Position numbers and translations under genes: made by a program. A stretch of 64,000 nt of DNA from contig CAVUWA010000002.1 of assembly GCA_963744995.1 (NCBI GenBank), positions 768,001-832,000 of the forward strand, in the 5' to 3' direction. This document shows, piece by piece, positions 1 to 8,671 of this stretch. This DNA comes from Candidatus Eiseniibacteriota bacterium. Lineage in GTDB: Bacteria; Eisenbacteria; RBG-16-71-46. Below the pieces are notes generated by a model that saw only the letters and a list, made by a program, of their open reading frames with translations, was not told the origin of the DNA and ran no database searches. Position 1 is the stretch's first letter; each line of letters opens with the position of its first letter.

Positions 1-1643
1 GACGTGAGTTTCTCGAGGCCGCCGAAGTGGTCGGCGAGCAGCTTCGCCAGCGTGCTGCCGACGTGCGGAATACCGAGTGCGTACACGAAGCGGTCGAGCC
101 GCGGCTTCTTGCTCGCTTCGATCGCCTGCATGAGATTCTCGATCGACTTCTCGGCGAAGCCCTCGAGTCCGGCAAGATCGATCGGCGTGAGCTGGTAGAT
201 GTCGGCGAGGTTCTTCACCAGGCTCTTTTCGATCAGCTGCGCCACGGTCTTGCCGCCGAGTCCGACGATGTCCATCGCGCCGCGTGAGACGAAGTGCTCG
301 ATGTGACCCTGCAGCTGCGCCGGGCAGGCGAGCCCGTTGGTGCACACGTGCGCCGCGCCGTCGCGCACGACCTCGCCGCCGCACACCGGGCATTTGGCCG
401 GCAGCTCGAAGCGCTTCGCACTCTTCGGGCGCTTCTCCACGATCACCTCGACGACTTCCGGGATCACGTCGCCGGCGCGGCGCACGCGCACGGTGTCCCC
501 GATTCGCACGTCCTTGCGGTCGAGCTCGTCCTGGTTGTGCAGCGTCGCGCGGCTCACGGTGACGCCGGACACGTCCACGGGCCGGAGCGCCGCGACCGGC
601 GTGAGCTTTCCGGTGCGACCGACCTGCACGACGATGTCCTCGATGACCGTGATCTCCTCGCGCGGCGGGAACTTGAACGCGACCGCCCAGCGCGGGCTGC
701 GCGAGCGTACGCCCAGCACGTCCTGCCAGTCGCGGCGGTCCACCTTGATCACCACGCCGTCGATCTCGTACGGCAGTCCGTCGCGCTTCTCGAGCAGCTC
801 ATCACGATAGGCGAGCGCCTCGTCGATGCCCTTGCAGTGCCGCACGCCGCGCTCGACGTGGAAGCCCCACCCGCGCATGTCGTCCTGCACGGCCGACAGC
901 GTCGGCGGCAGCTTCTGCCCGGCGGCGAGGATCTCGTACGCGAAGAAGTCGAGCCTGCGCGACGCGGTGATGGAGGGGTCCAGCTGTCGCACGGTGCCGG
1001 CCGCTGCGTTGCGCGCGTTGGCGAACGGTTCCTCGTCGGCCGCGATCAGGCGCGCATTCATGGCCTGGAACTCCTCGACCGGCATGAGCGCTTCGCCACG
1101 CACCGCAAGGCGTCCGCCGGGCGGCCGCTTTCCTTCCGGCGCGCGCAACCGGAGCGGGATCGCGCGGATCGTGCGCAGGTTCTCGGTGACGTCCTCGCCG
1201 ACCTCGCCGTCGCCGCGCGTCGAGCCGCGCACGAGCACGCCGTCCTCGTAGACGAGCTCGATCGACAGGCCGTCGAACTTGGGCTCGGCGAGGTAGTCGA
1301 CCGGCTCCTGGAACAGGCCGGCGTCGAGGCCCAGGCCCTTCCTGACCCGCGTGTCGAACTCGCGCACCGCGTCGGCGTCCATGAGCGAATCCAGCGACAG
1401 CATCGAGCGCAGGTGCTCGACCTTCCTGAACGCGGTGCGCATCGCGCCGCCGACGCGCAGCGTGGGGGAGTCCGCGGGCCGCAGATCGGGGTGGGCCGCC
1501 TCGAGCTCGGTCAGCTCCTTGAACAGGCGGTCGTATTGCGCGTCCGAGATCGTCGGCCGGTCGAGCGCGTAATAGCGGTAGTCGTGCTCGCGGATCTCCT
1601 GCGCGAGCGCCTCGATCCGCTGCTTCGCCTCGGTGCGGTTCAC
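1..1643 (-). CDS. ligA: NAD-dependent DNA ligase, 5' part (runs off the left edge)
   Basis: Manual translation from GTG at 1643: MNRTEAKQRIEALAQEIREHDYRYYALDRPTISDAQYDRL; adenylation motif AEPKFDGLSIELVY, TRGDGEVGEDVT, C4 zinc finger (CPVCGG...CTNGLAC), HhH repeats. Absent from the ORF track because its stop is outside the window. Confidence 0.97.
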   Translation of the reverse strand, partial: MNRTEAKQRIEALAQEIREHDYRYYALDRPTISDAQYDRLFKELTELEAAHPDLRPADSPTLRVGGAMRTAFRKVEHLRSMLSLDSLMDADAVREFDTRVRKGLGLDAGLFQEPVDYLAEPKFDGLSIELVYEDGVLVRGSTRGDGEVGEDVTENLRTIRAIPLRLRAPEGKRPPGGRLAVRGEALMPVEEFQAMNARLIAADEEPFANARNAAAGTVRQLDPSITASRRLDFFAYEILAAGQKLPPTLSAVQDDMRGWGFHVERGVRHCKGIDEALAYRDELLEKRDGLPYEIDGVVIKVDRRDWQDVLGVRSRSPRWAVAFKFPPREEITVIEDIVVQVGRTGKLTPVAALRPVDVSGVTVSRATLHNQDELDRKDVRIGDTVRVRRAGDVIPEVVEVIVEKRPKSAKRFELPAKCPVCGGEVVRDGAAHVCTNGLACPAQLQGHIEHFVSRGAMDIVGLGGKTVAQLIEKSLVKNLADIYQLTPIDLAGLEGFAEKSIENLMQAIEASKKPRLDRFVYALGIPHVGSTLAKLLADHFGGLEKLT

Positions 1644-1662
1644 GCGGACCCCGGCCCCGCGC

Positions 1663-2070
1663 TCAGGCGCCGGCGAGCTTGAGGACGCGGGCGAGCTGGG
1701 CGGCGGTGAGCGGCACCACCGACAGGCGCGAGATGCGCACGAGGTCGCTCGTCTTCAGCACCGCGTCCTCGCGGAACACGGCGAGCGGCACGGGCTCGGG
1801 CAGGCGTTTCCAGGCCTGGATGTCCACCACCGCGCACTTCGGGTCGTCCGCTTGGGGATCCGCGTAGGCGGCGCCGACGGCCTTCGCCAGCCCGACCGCG
1901 CGCTTCTCCCTGCCGGTATGGTAGAGGATGAGCGTGTCGCCCTTCTTCACGCCGCGCAGGTGCTTGAGCGCCAGCGCATTGGTGATGCCGTCCCATACCG
2001 TGCGCTTGTCCCGGACGAGGTCGTCGTAGGAGTATGTGTCGGGTTCGGTCTTGAGCAGGTAGCAGGCCAT
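1663..2070 (-). CDS. EVE (PUA-like) domain protein
   Basis: YLLKTEPDTYSYDDL...WDGITNALALKHLRGVKKGD..ILYHTG and RISRLSVVPL are typical EVE motifs. Confidence 0.92.
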   Translation of the reverse strand: MACYLLKTEPDTYSYDDLVRDKRTVWDGITNALALKHLRGVKKGDTLILYHTGREKRAVGLAKAVGAAYADPQADDPKCAVVDIQAWKRLPEPVPLAVFREDAVLKTSDLVRISRLSVVPLTAAQLARVLKLAGA

Positions 2071-2159
2071 GGCCGGAGATTAGCCGCGGCACGGAACGGC
2101 CGCAACGCAACGGGGAGCGCCCGATTCACATCCTTCAGCTCATCTGGGTCGGCCTCGTC

Positions 2160-2720
2160 ATGGTCGGCGCGGCGTTCTACGCCGACACCCCCGCGCGCAC
2201 GTTCGGCGAAGCGTTCCGGCAGAACCGCTGGCAGGCGCGGCTCGCACTCGGTTCGGTCGAGATCCTCATGGTCGCGGTCTGGGCGACGGCGCACTTCGGC
2301 ACGGGCTGGGACCCGGCGCTCCTGCCGGCGGGCGCCGCCCCCGCGGGCGCCTCCGTCGGCCTGCTGCTCAGCGCCGCCGGGGTCGGTCTGGCGGTCTGGG
2401 CCAAGGTGCGGCTCGGGCGCTGGTTCTCGGCCACCTTCGCGGTCAAGGAAGGTCACGAACTCGTCACGGACGGACCGTACGCGATCACGCGGCATCCCAT
2501 TTATACGGGGCTGCTGGCGGCGGTCACCGGCGGCGCACTGGTGTGGAACAGCGTGTTCACGCTCGTGCTCGCGGCGGCGCTCGCGATTCCGTTCTTCTTG
2601 CATACGGTCTTCGAAGAGGCCATGTTCGAGAAGCATTTCGGCCAGCCGTACTTCGACTACCAGCGCCGGGTCCCCCGCCTGGTGCCTTTCACCCGGAGGA
2701 ACATCCGACGTGAATCGTGA
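2160..2720 (+). CDS. Isoprenylcysteine carboxyl methyltransferase (ICMT/PEMT) family membrane protein; true start may be upstream (2124)
   Basis: Hydrophobic segments plus LGRWFS...ELVTDGPYAITRHPIYTG and EEAMFEKHFGQPYFDYQRRVPRLVP. Confidence 0.88.
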   Translation: MVGAAFYADTPARTFGEAFRQNRWQARLALGSVEILMVAVWATAHFGTGWDPALLPAGAAPAGASVGLLLSAAGVGLAVWAKVRLGRWFSATFAVKEGHELVTDGPYAITRHPIYTGLLAAVTGGALVWNSVFTLVLAAALAIPFFLHTVFEEAMFEKHFGQPYFDYQRRVPRLVPFTRRNIRRES

Positions 2721-3156
2721 TCCCAGCACGCGATCGCCGTTCGCGCGCGTGGCGCGCGCGGCCCTCGAGCAGGGCGTGCAGGAGGCGCGCACGCAGGCGG
2801 CGGTGTGGGGGAGCAAGCCGAACTTCATCTGGGTGCGCTGGGCGCTGCCGGACGGCTGGTACGCATCGATCGGCCTGCGCCGCCACCTCGACTGGGTGAC
2901 GGGCGAGCTCGGCATGAGCCGCACGACGGCGGATCTCGACACGCTGCCTCTCCTCACCCGGCCGCGCTTCGATACCGCCGAGGTGCTGGAGCAGGGCGGG
3001 CGCGTGCGGCTGGGTCTGCTGCTGCACGACGAAGACACCTGGTGGCCGGGCGGGGGCAGCGAGAGCGAGCTGGCGGAAACGCTGGGGCGGCTCGCGCTCC
3101 AGCTCCGGGTCAAGGCCGAGCGGCTGCTGCACGCCCACGTCGGACCGGGCGCTTGA
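2710..3156 (+). CDS. Hypothetical protein (about 148 aa)
   Basis: GTG at 2710 downstream of GGAGG; fills the gap between two co-oriented genes with short overlaps; globular composition (FIWVRWALPDGWYASIGLRRHLDWVTGELG). Confidence 0.7.
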   Translation: MNRDPSTRSPFARVARAALEQGVQEARTQAAVWGSKPNFIWVRWALPDGWYASIGLRRHLDWVTGELGMSRTTADLDTLPLLTRPRFDTAEVLEQGGRVRLGLLLHDEDTWWPGGGSESELAETLGRLALQLRVKAERLLHAHVGPGA

Positions 3157-4259
3157 GGCGCGCGCTCGCGCGCGTGGCACTCGCCGTCTGCGCCGCGCTC
3201 CTGCTGGGCGCCTCCAACGCCTGCTCGGATCTGCGCATCACCCCGGTCGGCCGGTTCGACTTCGAAGGTGGTGCGAGCGCGAACCCTGCGCGCGTCGGTG
3301 AGGAGCTGAGCGGGCTGGTGCGCCTCGCCGGCGACACCTACGTCGCGGTGAGCGATGAACACGCCTGCGCGCACGTGCTGCGCATCGAGGTCGATCCCGA
3401 CTCGGGATCGATCCGCGCCGCGACCTTCCTGCGCGCGATCCCGCTCACCGACGCCGCCGGCGTGAGTCTCGAAGACGGTCACGGACCTTCGGATCGCGAA
3501 GGCGTCGCGATCGACACCACGGCGGGACTCCTGTGGATCGCGCACGAGTCGGCCGGGCCCGGCACGGCCGGTCCGGCGATCGCCGCATACGGACTGGACG
3601 ACGGGCGCCTGCGCCGCGAAATCGACCCGGCATCCGCGCCCGCTCTGGCGGTCTACGCGAACATCCGCGCCAACCGCGGTTTCGAGTCGCTCACCCGCCG
3701 CGCCGACGGCGGCGGGGCGTGGACCGCGAACGAAGAGGCGCTCACGGTCGACGGCCCGGCCCCGTCGGCGACCGCGGGCACGCTCGTGCGGCTCGAGCGC
3801 ATGGACGGCGCGTTCCGGCCGCTCGCCCAGTACGCGTATGAAGTGGATCCGCTGGACGGGCCGATCACGTTCCCGCCGCAGCTCGCCGGCCGCGAGGTCA
3901 GCGGCGTCAGCGACCTGCTCGCACTGCCCGACGGCTCGCTGCTGGTGCTCGAGCGCGAATTCGCCGCGGGCGCGAGCGGCATTCCGTCGAACCGCATCCG
4001 CATCTATCTCGCCGACTGGAAGAACGCGACCGACGTGTCGAAGGGGAAATTCGCAGGCGGTCTCGCCGGGCGTGCGTTCAGGCCGGTGCGGAAGAAGCGC
4101 CTCGCCGAGCTGACCTTTCCGCTCAGCAACTCGAACTTCGAAGGAATCGCGCTCGGCCCGCGCCTTGCGAACGGCGACCACAGTCTGCTGCTGGTCGCCG
4201 ACAACCAGGCGGGCACCATGCAGGCGCTGTACGCACTGCGGCTCGCCGGGCTGAAGTAG
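3153..4259 (+). CDS. Esterase-like activity of phytase family beta-propeller, probable lipoprotein
   Basis: TTG overlapping the upstream TGA; signal RRALARVALAVCAALLLGASNAC; motifs EELSGL, DREGVA, NRGFESLT, SDLLAL...LLVLER, NFEGIALGP...LLLVADN. Confidence 0.85.
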   Translation: MRRALARVALAVCAALLLGASNACSDLRITPVGRFDFEGGASANPARVGEELSGLVRLAGDTYVAVSDEHACAHVLRIEVDPDSGSIRAATFLRAIPLTDAAGVSLEDGHGPSDREGVAIDTTAGLLWIAHESAGPGTAGPAIAAYGLDDGRLRREIDPASAPALAVYANIRANRGFESLTRRADGGGAWTANEEALTVDGPAPSATAGTLVRLERMDGAFRPLAQYAYEVDPLDGPITFPPQLAGREVSGVSDLLALPDGSLLVLEREFAAGASGIPSNRIRIYLADWKNATDVSKGKFAGGLAGRAFRPVRKKRLAELTFPLSNSNFEGIALGPRLANGDHSLLLVADNQAGTMQALYALRLAGLK

Positions 4260-4290
4260 CGGACGGAGGCGGGACGCCCCGCCGGTCCGC
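4259..4290. terminator. GC-rich hairpin between convergent genes
   Basis: GCGGAC..GGCGGG-acgc-CCCGCC.GTCCGC; no U-tract. Confidence 0.35.
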
Positions 4291-4325
4291 CCGGAGATCG
4301 CCGGCGCGCGGGACGCGGCTTCGAC

Positions 4326-4607
4326 TCAACCGCCGCTGATCGCCGGGATGATCGAGATCTCGTCGCGGTCGGCGAGCGGCGTCCCGAGTCCGCCCGTGTA
4401 GCGGATGCTCTCGTCGCCGACGAACACGTTGACGTGCGGGCGCACCTCGCCGGTCTCGGTGACGACGCGATCGCGGACGCCGGGATGCACGGCCCACACC
4501 TGCTCGAGGGCGGCGCGAACCGTGGCCGGGACCGCGTCGAGCTGCACGCGGTCCCGGCCGCCGGTGAACTGGCGCAGGTAGCCCGGAATGTGGACGACGA
4601 CGCCCAC
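4326..4607 (-). CDS. MoaD/ThiS-family ubiquitin-like protein
   Basis: 93 aa, beta-grasp pattern (VHIPGYLRQFTGG...RPHVNVFV...ISIIPAISGG), C-terminal GG; GTG start overlaps the upstream TAG. Confidence 0.92.
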   Translation of the reverse strand: MGVVVHIPGYLRQFTGGRDRVQLDAVPATVRAALEQVWAVHPGVRDRVVTETGEVRPHVNVFVGDESIRYTGGLGTPLADRDEISIIPAISGG

Positions 4608-5926
4608 TACTTCTTCTTCGGGCGCCGCGCCGGCTTACGCTTCGCCGCCGCCTTCTTTTTCGCCGGCCGCCGGGCCGCGCGCGCGGGTTTGCGCGGCGCC
4701 GCCTTCTTCACGGACTTCTGCTTCGCGGCCTTCCTCGCCGGCTTCTTCTTCGCAGCGGACTTCTGCTTCGCCCCGCCCGCCTTCGGTACCCGGATCTTCG
4801 CCGGATCGCCCACCGCGTATGCCTTGACGCACACCACCGGGGGCAGGCCGCCGAGCACCTCGCCCCAGTGCGCGCCGCCGTCCGCCGAGCCGTAGACCGA
4901 CCCGCTGCGGGTGCCGAAGTAGATTCCGGCCGGGTTCAGCGGGTCGGTGCTCATCGCATCGCGCAGGATCGTCTCGAGCGCGTTCGCCTGCGGGAGACCC
5001 GCGGTGAGGGCTTCCCACTTGCCGCCGCCGTCGCGCGTCCGGTACACGCGCAGCCTGCCCTCGGGCGTGCAGCGGAACTGATCGGACTCGAGCGGCACGA
5101 TGTACGCCGTCTCGGGGTCGTGCGGGTGCACGACGATCGGAAAGCCGAAGTCGCTCGGCACGCCGTTCGCCACGTCCTGCCACGAACGGCCGAAGTCGTC
5201 GGAGCGGTAGAGGCCCCAGTGGTTCTGCAGGTACAGGCGGTCGGGTTTCGCCGGGTTCATGGCGATCTTGTGCACGCACTGTCCGAACTCCGGGTACTTG
5301 TCCGGCATGAACTCGGCGCGGATGCCTTTGTTGCTCACTTCCCAGGTGCGGCCGCCGTCCTCGGTGCGGTAGACGCCGGCCGCCGAGACCGCGATCAGCA
5401 TGCGCTCGGGGCGCGCCGGATCCTGCACGATCGTGTGCAGGCACAGACCGCCCGCGCCCGGCTGCCAGCGCGGGCGATGCTCGTGGTTCCAGAGCCCTTC
5501 GTTGAGCGCCCAGGTCGCGCCGCCGTCATGCGACGCGAACAGCGCCGCCGGCTGCACGCCGGCATACAGCGTGTCCGGCTCCTCCGCGCGGCCCGGCAGG
5601 ATCTGCCAGATGCGCGCGATCGAGGCGCCGGTCTCCTCCGGGAACTTGACCGCGTAGCGGTCGGGCTCGGTCCAGGAGCGGCCGAAGTCGTCGGTGTGGG
5701 CGAGGGCGGTGCCCCAGAATTCGCTGCCGGGCGAGGCCCACACGCGGCGGCGGCTCGCGCGCTGGTCGTACGCCATCGCGTAGACGGCCATGCCGGGGAA
5801 GTACGGCCCGCCGACATCCCACTTCCTGCGTGCCGCGTTCGAACGCAGCACGAACGCGCCTTTCATGGTGCCGACGAGCAACAGGACGTCGCCGTCCTTG
5901 ACCGAAGCGTGCCGAACGGTGGCCAT
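4607..5926 (-). CDS. BNR/Asp-box beta-propeller (sialidase/YCF48-like) with Lys/Ala-rich C-terminal tail
   Basis: Repeated Asp boxes (TDDFGRSW, SHDGGATW, TEDGGRTW, SDDFGRSW, TRDGGGKW, SADGGAHW), LLVGTMKG start, GQCVHKI and QNHWGLYRS; no signal peptide. Confidence 0.9.
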   Translation of the reverse strand: MATVRHASVKDGDVLLLVGTMKGAFVLRSNAARRKWDVGGPYFPGMAVYAMAYDQRASRRRVWASPGSEFWGTALAHTDDFGRSWTEPDRYAVKFPEETGASIARIWQILPGRAEEPDTLYAGVQPAALFASHDGGATWALNEGLWNHEHRPRWQPGAGGLCLHTIVQDPARPERMLIAVSAAGVYRTEDGGRTWEVSNKGIRAEFMPDKYPEFGQCVHKIAMNPAKPDRLYLQNHWGLYRSDDFGRSWQDVANGVPSDFGFPIVVHPHDPETAYIVPLESDQFRCTPEGRLRVYRTRDGGGKWEALTAGLPQANALETILRDAMSTDPLNPAGIYFGTRSGSVYGSADGGAHWGEVLGGLPPVVCVKAYAVGDPAKIRVPKAGGAKQKSAAKKKPARKAAKQKSVKKAAPRKPARAARRPAKKKAAAKRKPARRPKKK

Positions 5927-6076
5927 GCATCCTCCCGATGGATCAGTTCAGCCGGCGCGGAGCCGGTGTGGCGATCAGGGCGTCTGAGCGGGGACGGGGC
6001 CAGACGCTAATGGCTTCCGCTCGCGGGTCGCAAGGCGAGAATGGCGAACGGGGGTCGGGGCCCGACGGACGGACCT

Positions 6077-6110
6077 GCGCCGGGACCGGGGCGGGCACCG
6101 GTCCCGGCGC
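6077..6110 (-). terminator. Perfect 13-bp inverted repeat downstream of the MEMO1-family gene
   Basis: GCGCCGGGACCGG (6077-6089), 8-nt loop, CCGGTCCCGGCGC (6098-6110); no U-tract. Confidence 0.45.
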
Positions 6111-6134
6111 GTCTGCCGGTGCGGTGGGCGAGGC

Positions 6135-7535
6135 TCAGCGCCATTCCATCGCGGCCACGCTGACGAAGCTCGTGTCGGGCTCCGCCGAGCGCTCGTAGTG
6201 GAGCAGCCGGCCGCCGGGCGGCGCGGGCCCCAGCATCTCGAGCATCACGTACATGGGTGCGAAACCGCAGATCCGGGTCGAGTCCTGATGGGCCGCGATC
6301 GTCGTGAACCACTTCCCGGGGTCGCCACTGCGGGCCGCCGCGAGCGCGTCACGATCGATCTTCTCGACGTCGAGAGTGGTGCGCTCGTCGACCGACGGGT
6401 CGCCGAAGCGCGGGCCGACGTGGGAGAAGTCCACCGAGGCGAGCAGCACCGTGTCCCCGCCCTGCTCCGCGGCCGTCGCCTTGAGCGCGGCGAGCAGCGC
6501 CTGGAAGCCCGCGTCGTCGCCCGGCGTCCTGCCGTCCTCGACGAGGTGGTGGAATCCGCCGACGAGGATCGGAACGATCCTGATGCGATCGCCGAGCCGG
6601 TGCCGGAGGTAGAGCGCCGCGAACTCGATCGAGTGTTCCTCGCGGTGGCCGAGTTCGCCGTGCCAGGCATCCGCGCCGATGCGCGCCGCGAGCGCGTCCA
6701 CGAACGCGGTGTCGGTCTCGACGCGGCCGAGAGGGGTGTCGTAGTGCTTGCGCGTGAGCGCGAAGAGATCGTCGAACAGGGAGTGCCCGGTGCCGAGCAC
6801 GACGACCCGCAGCGGGCCGCCGCTCGCATCGCCGAGCGGCAGGATGCCCTGGGCGATCGTCGCTCCGGTGCGGCGCGGGTCGAGGTGGGGCACCATGACG
6901 GCGCGTGGCCGTGCGTTCCCGGTACCGGCCGGCTCCTCGGCCGGCACGCGCTCGGCTGCCGCGGCGAACTGCGCGTCGAGATACTGCTTCAGCTGCTCCG
7001 GCTCCGCGGGGTAGGAGCGGCCCGCGAAGACCGCGTGGCGGATCTCGAGCGGGTGGTACTCGTCGCGCAGCGCCTGGTAGGCCTGCTCGAAGCGCGGCGA
7101 TTCGAGCATCAGCATCTCGTCGAGCTGCGCCACGAACTCACGCACCATGTTGCCGACACGGATGTCCTTGTTCTCGCGCATGAGGGCCGCGGTGATGTCG
7201 GTGATCGAGGTGCGGCCGTCGAAGAGCTGCATGAGCCCCAGCGCCTCGATCGCCAGCACCGGCTGGCCGGGAATCACGCCGAGCGGGTCGTTTATCACCA
7301 GCAGCTCGCGTTCTCCATCCCGTACGGGCATCAGCATGAGGGGCCTCAGCCGCGGGAACTCGGGGATGTCTTCGGCCTCCTCGCGGGCGACGCCCGGGGG
7401 CAGAATGATGCGCGGGCCCTGCTCCGGCCCGGCCGGGTCCCCGGCCGCGCCGCCGGGCCCGCCCGTGGGGCCTGGCTCCTGTTCCTGTCCCGGAATGATG
7501 ATCCTGCCGGGGCGCTTCGGGTCGTTTTCGGACAT
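6135..7535 (-). CDS. MEMO1 family protein (AmmeMemoRadiSam system protein B), long form
   Basis: AVFAGRSYP, VPHLD, LGTGH, TPLG, EEHSIE, IVPILVG, ASVDFSHVG, ICGFAP motifs; extra N-terminal domain. Confidence 0.9.
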   Translation of the reverse strand: MSENDPKRPGRIIIPGQEQEPGPTGGPGGAAGDPAGPEQGPRIILPPGVAREEAEDIPEFPRLRPLMLMPVRDGERELLVINDPLGVIPGQPVLAIEALGLMQLFDGRTSITDITAALMRENKDIRVGNMVREFVAQLDEMLMLESPRFEQAYQALRDEYHPLEIRHAVFAGRSYPAEPEQLKQYLDAQFAAAAERVPAEEPAGTGNARPRAVMVPHLDPRRTGATIAQGILPLGDASGGPLRVVVLGTGHSLFDDLFALTRKHYDTPLGRVETDTAFVDALAARIGADAWHGELGHREEHSIEFAALYLRHRLGDRIRIVPILVGGFHHLVEDGRTPGDDAGFQALLAALKATAAEQGGDTVLLASVDFSHVGPRFGDPSVDERTTLDVEKIDRDALAAARSGDPGKWFTTIAAHQDSTRICGFAPMYVMLEMLGPAPPGGRLLHYERSAEPDTSFVSVAAMEWR

Positions 7536-7781
7536 CGTTTCTCCAGATCTGGAAGGGTCAGCGCGGGAGTGTAGCGGCTCTCGTCGCGCCGGGAAAACAC
7601 TGGGCGTGGCCCCCGCGCGTGCCGAAAACAGGAAAATGCGTGCGGCAGCGGTGAATTTCGTTCATATTCTGCACTCGGGCCAAGAAGGCTCGTGTCGTGG
7701 TTCCACACTTCGACTGAAACCGCCTGGACGCGGTTCGGGGCCGGGCCGATTCGCGCCCCGCGCCGGGAGGAAGCACCGCCG

Positions 7782-8648
7782 GTGAATCCATCCGACGGAG
7801 CCGTACCCGCCACCGCCATCGAACTTCGCATCAACAAAGCGCTCACGCTGCCGGGCCGTGCCTGGTGCGCCGAAGCGCCGCGCGCGCTGGTCGCGATCGT
7901 GCACGGGCTGGGCGAGCACTGCGGCCGCTACGCCGCGCTCGGCTCCGATCTGGTCAAGAAGCGCTACACCGTGGTCGCGCTGGACCTGCCCGGCCACGGC
8001 GAAGCACCGGGACCGCGCGGCGACTTTCCCTCCTGGGACCAGGTGCGCGATCACATCGTGCCCGCCATGTTCACGGCGTCCCGCGGCCTGCCCGGCCAGC
8101 CGTTCGATCTGCCGGTGATCCTGATCGGCCACAGCATGGGAGGCGTGATCGCGCTCGACTATGCGCTCGCGCATCCGCGCACGCTGCTCGCCGTCGTCGC
8201 TTCCGGGCCGGCGCTGCGCTCGACCATGCCGCCGTGGTGGAAACTCGCGCTGGCCAACGTCGCCAAGGCGACCGCCCCGTCCATCGGATTCGCGCACGGG
8301 CTGGACGAGAGCGGCATCTCGCGCGATCCCGAGGTCATGAAGGCGCGCGCCGAGGATCCGCTGATGCACGACCGCATCAGCCCGCGTCTGTACTTCGCGC
8401 TGCGCGAGGCGCAGCAGCGCGTGCTGCGCGAAGCGCGCCAGCTGCAGGTTCCGACCCTGCTCCAGCAGGGCGCCGCCGACCGCGTGGTGGACCCGCGCGG
8501 CGCGCTGGAGTTCAACGGCGCGGCGCCGCACGGCATGGCGCGGCTGATCACCTACCAGGACGGCTATCACGAGGTCTACAACGACCTCAGCCGCGGAAAG
8601 GCGATCCAGGATCTGGTGGGATGGATGGAGGCGGTGGTGGTGGTGTAG
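7782..8648 (+). CDS. Alpha/beta hydrolase, lysophospholipase/monoacylglycerol lipase family
   Basis: VHGLGEHCGRY, DLPGHG, GHSMGG, GAADRVV, GYHEVYND; GTG 7782 follows GGAGG. Confidence 0.92.
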   Translation: MNPSDGAVPATAIELRINKALTLPGRAWCAEAPRALVAIVHGLGEHCGRYAALGSDLVKKRYTVVALDLPGHGEAPGPRGDFPSWDQVRDHIVPAMFTASRGLPGQPFDLPVILIGHSMGGVIALDYALAHPRTLLAVVASGPALRSTMPPWWKLALANVAKATAPSIGFAHGLDESGISRDPEVMKARAEDPLMHDRISPRLYFALREAQQRVLREARQLQVPTLLQQGAADRVVDPRGALEFNGAAPHGMARLITYQDGYHEVYNDLSRGKAIQDLVGWMEAVVVV

Positions 8649-8671
8649 CGTCGCTGGTAGATTCCGGCCCC

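Noticed and set aside
294..1682. 462-aa plus-strand ORF
   Set aside because: Antisense shadow of ligA, whose motifs are on the minus strand.
4326..4607. Calling the ubiquitin-like gene moaD of molybdopterin synthesis
   Set aside because: No moaA, moaC, moaE or moeB adjacent; modABC is about 29 kb away; the context is the BNR-propeller pair.
7536..7781. Small RNA in the AT-richer divergent spacer
   Set aside because: Composition fits divergent promoters; no convincing stable structure or terminator.
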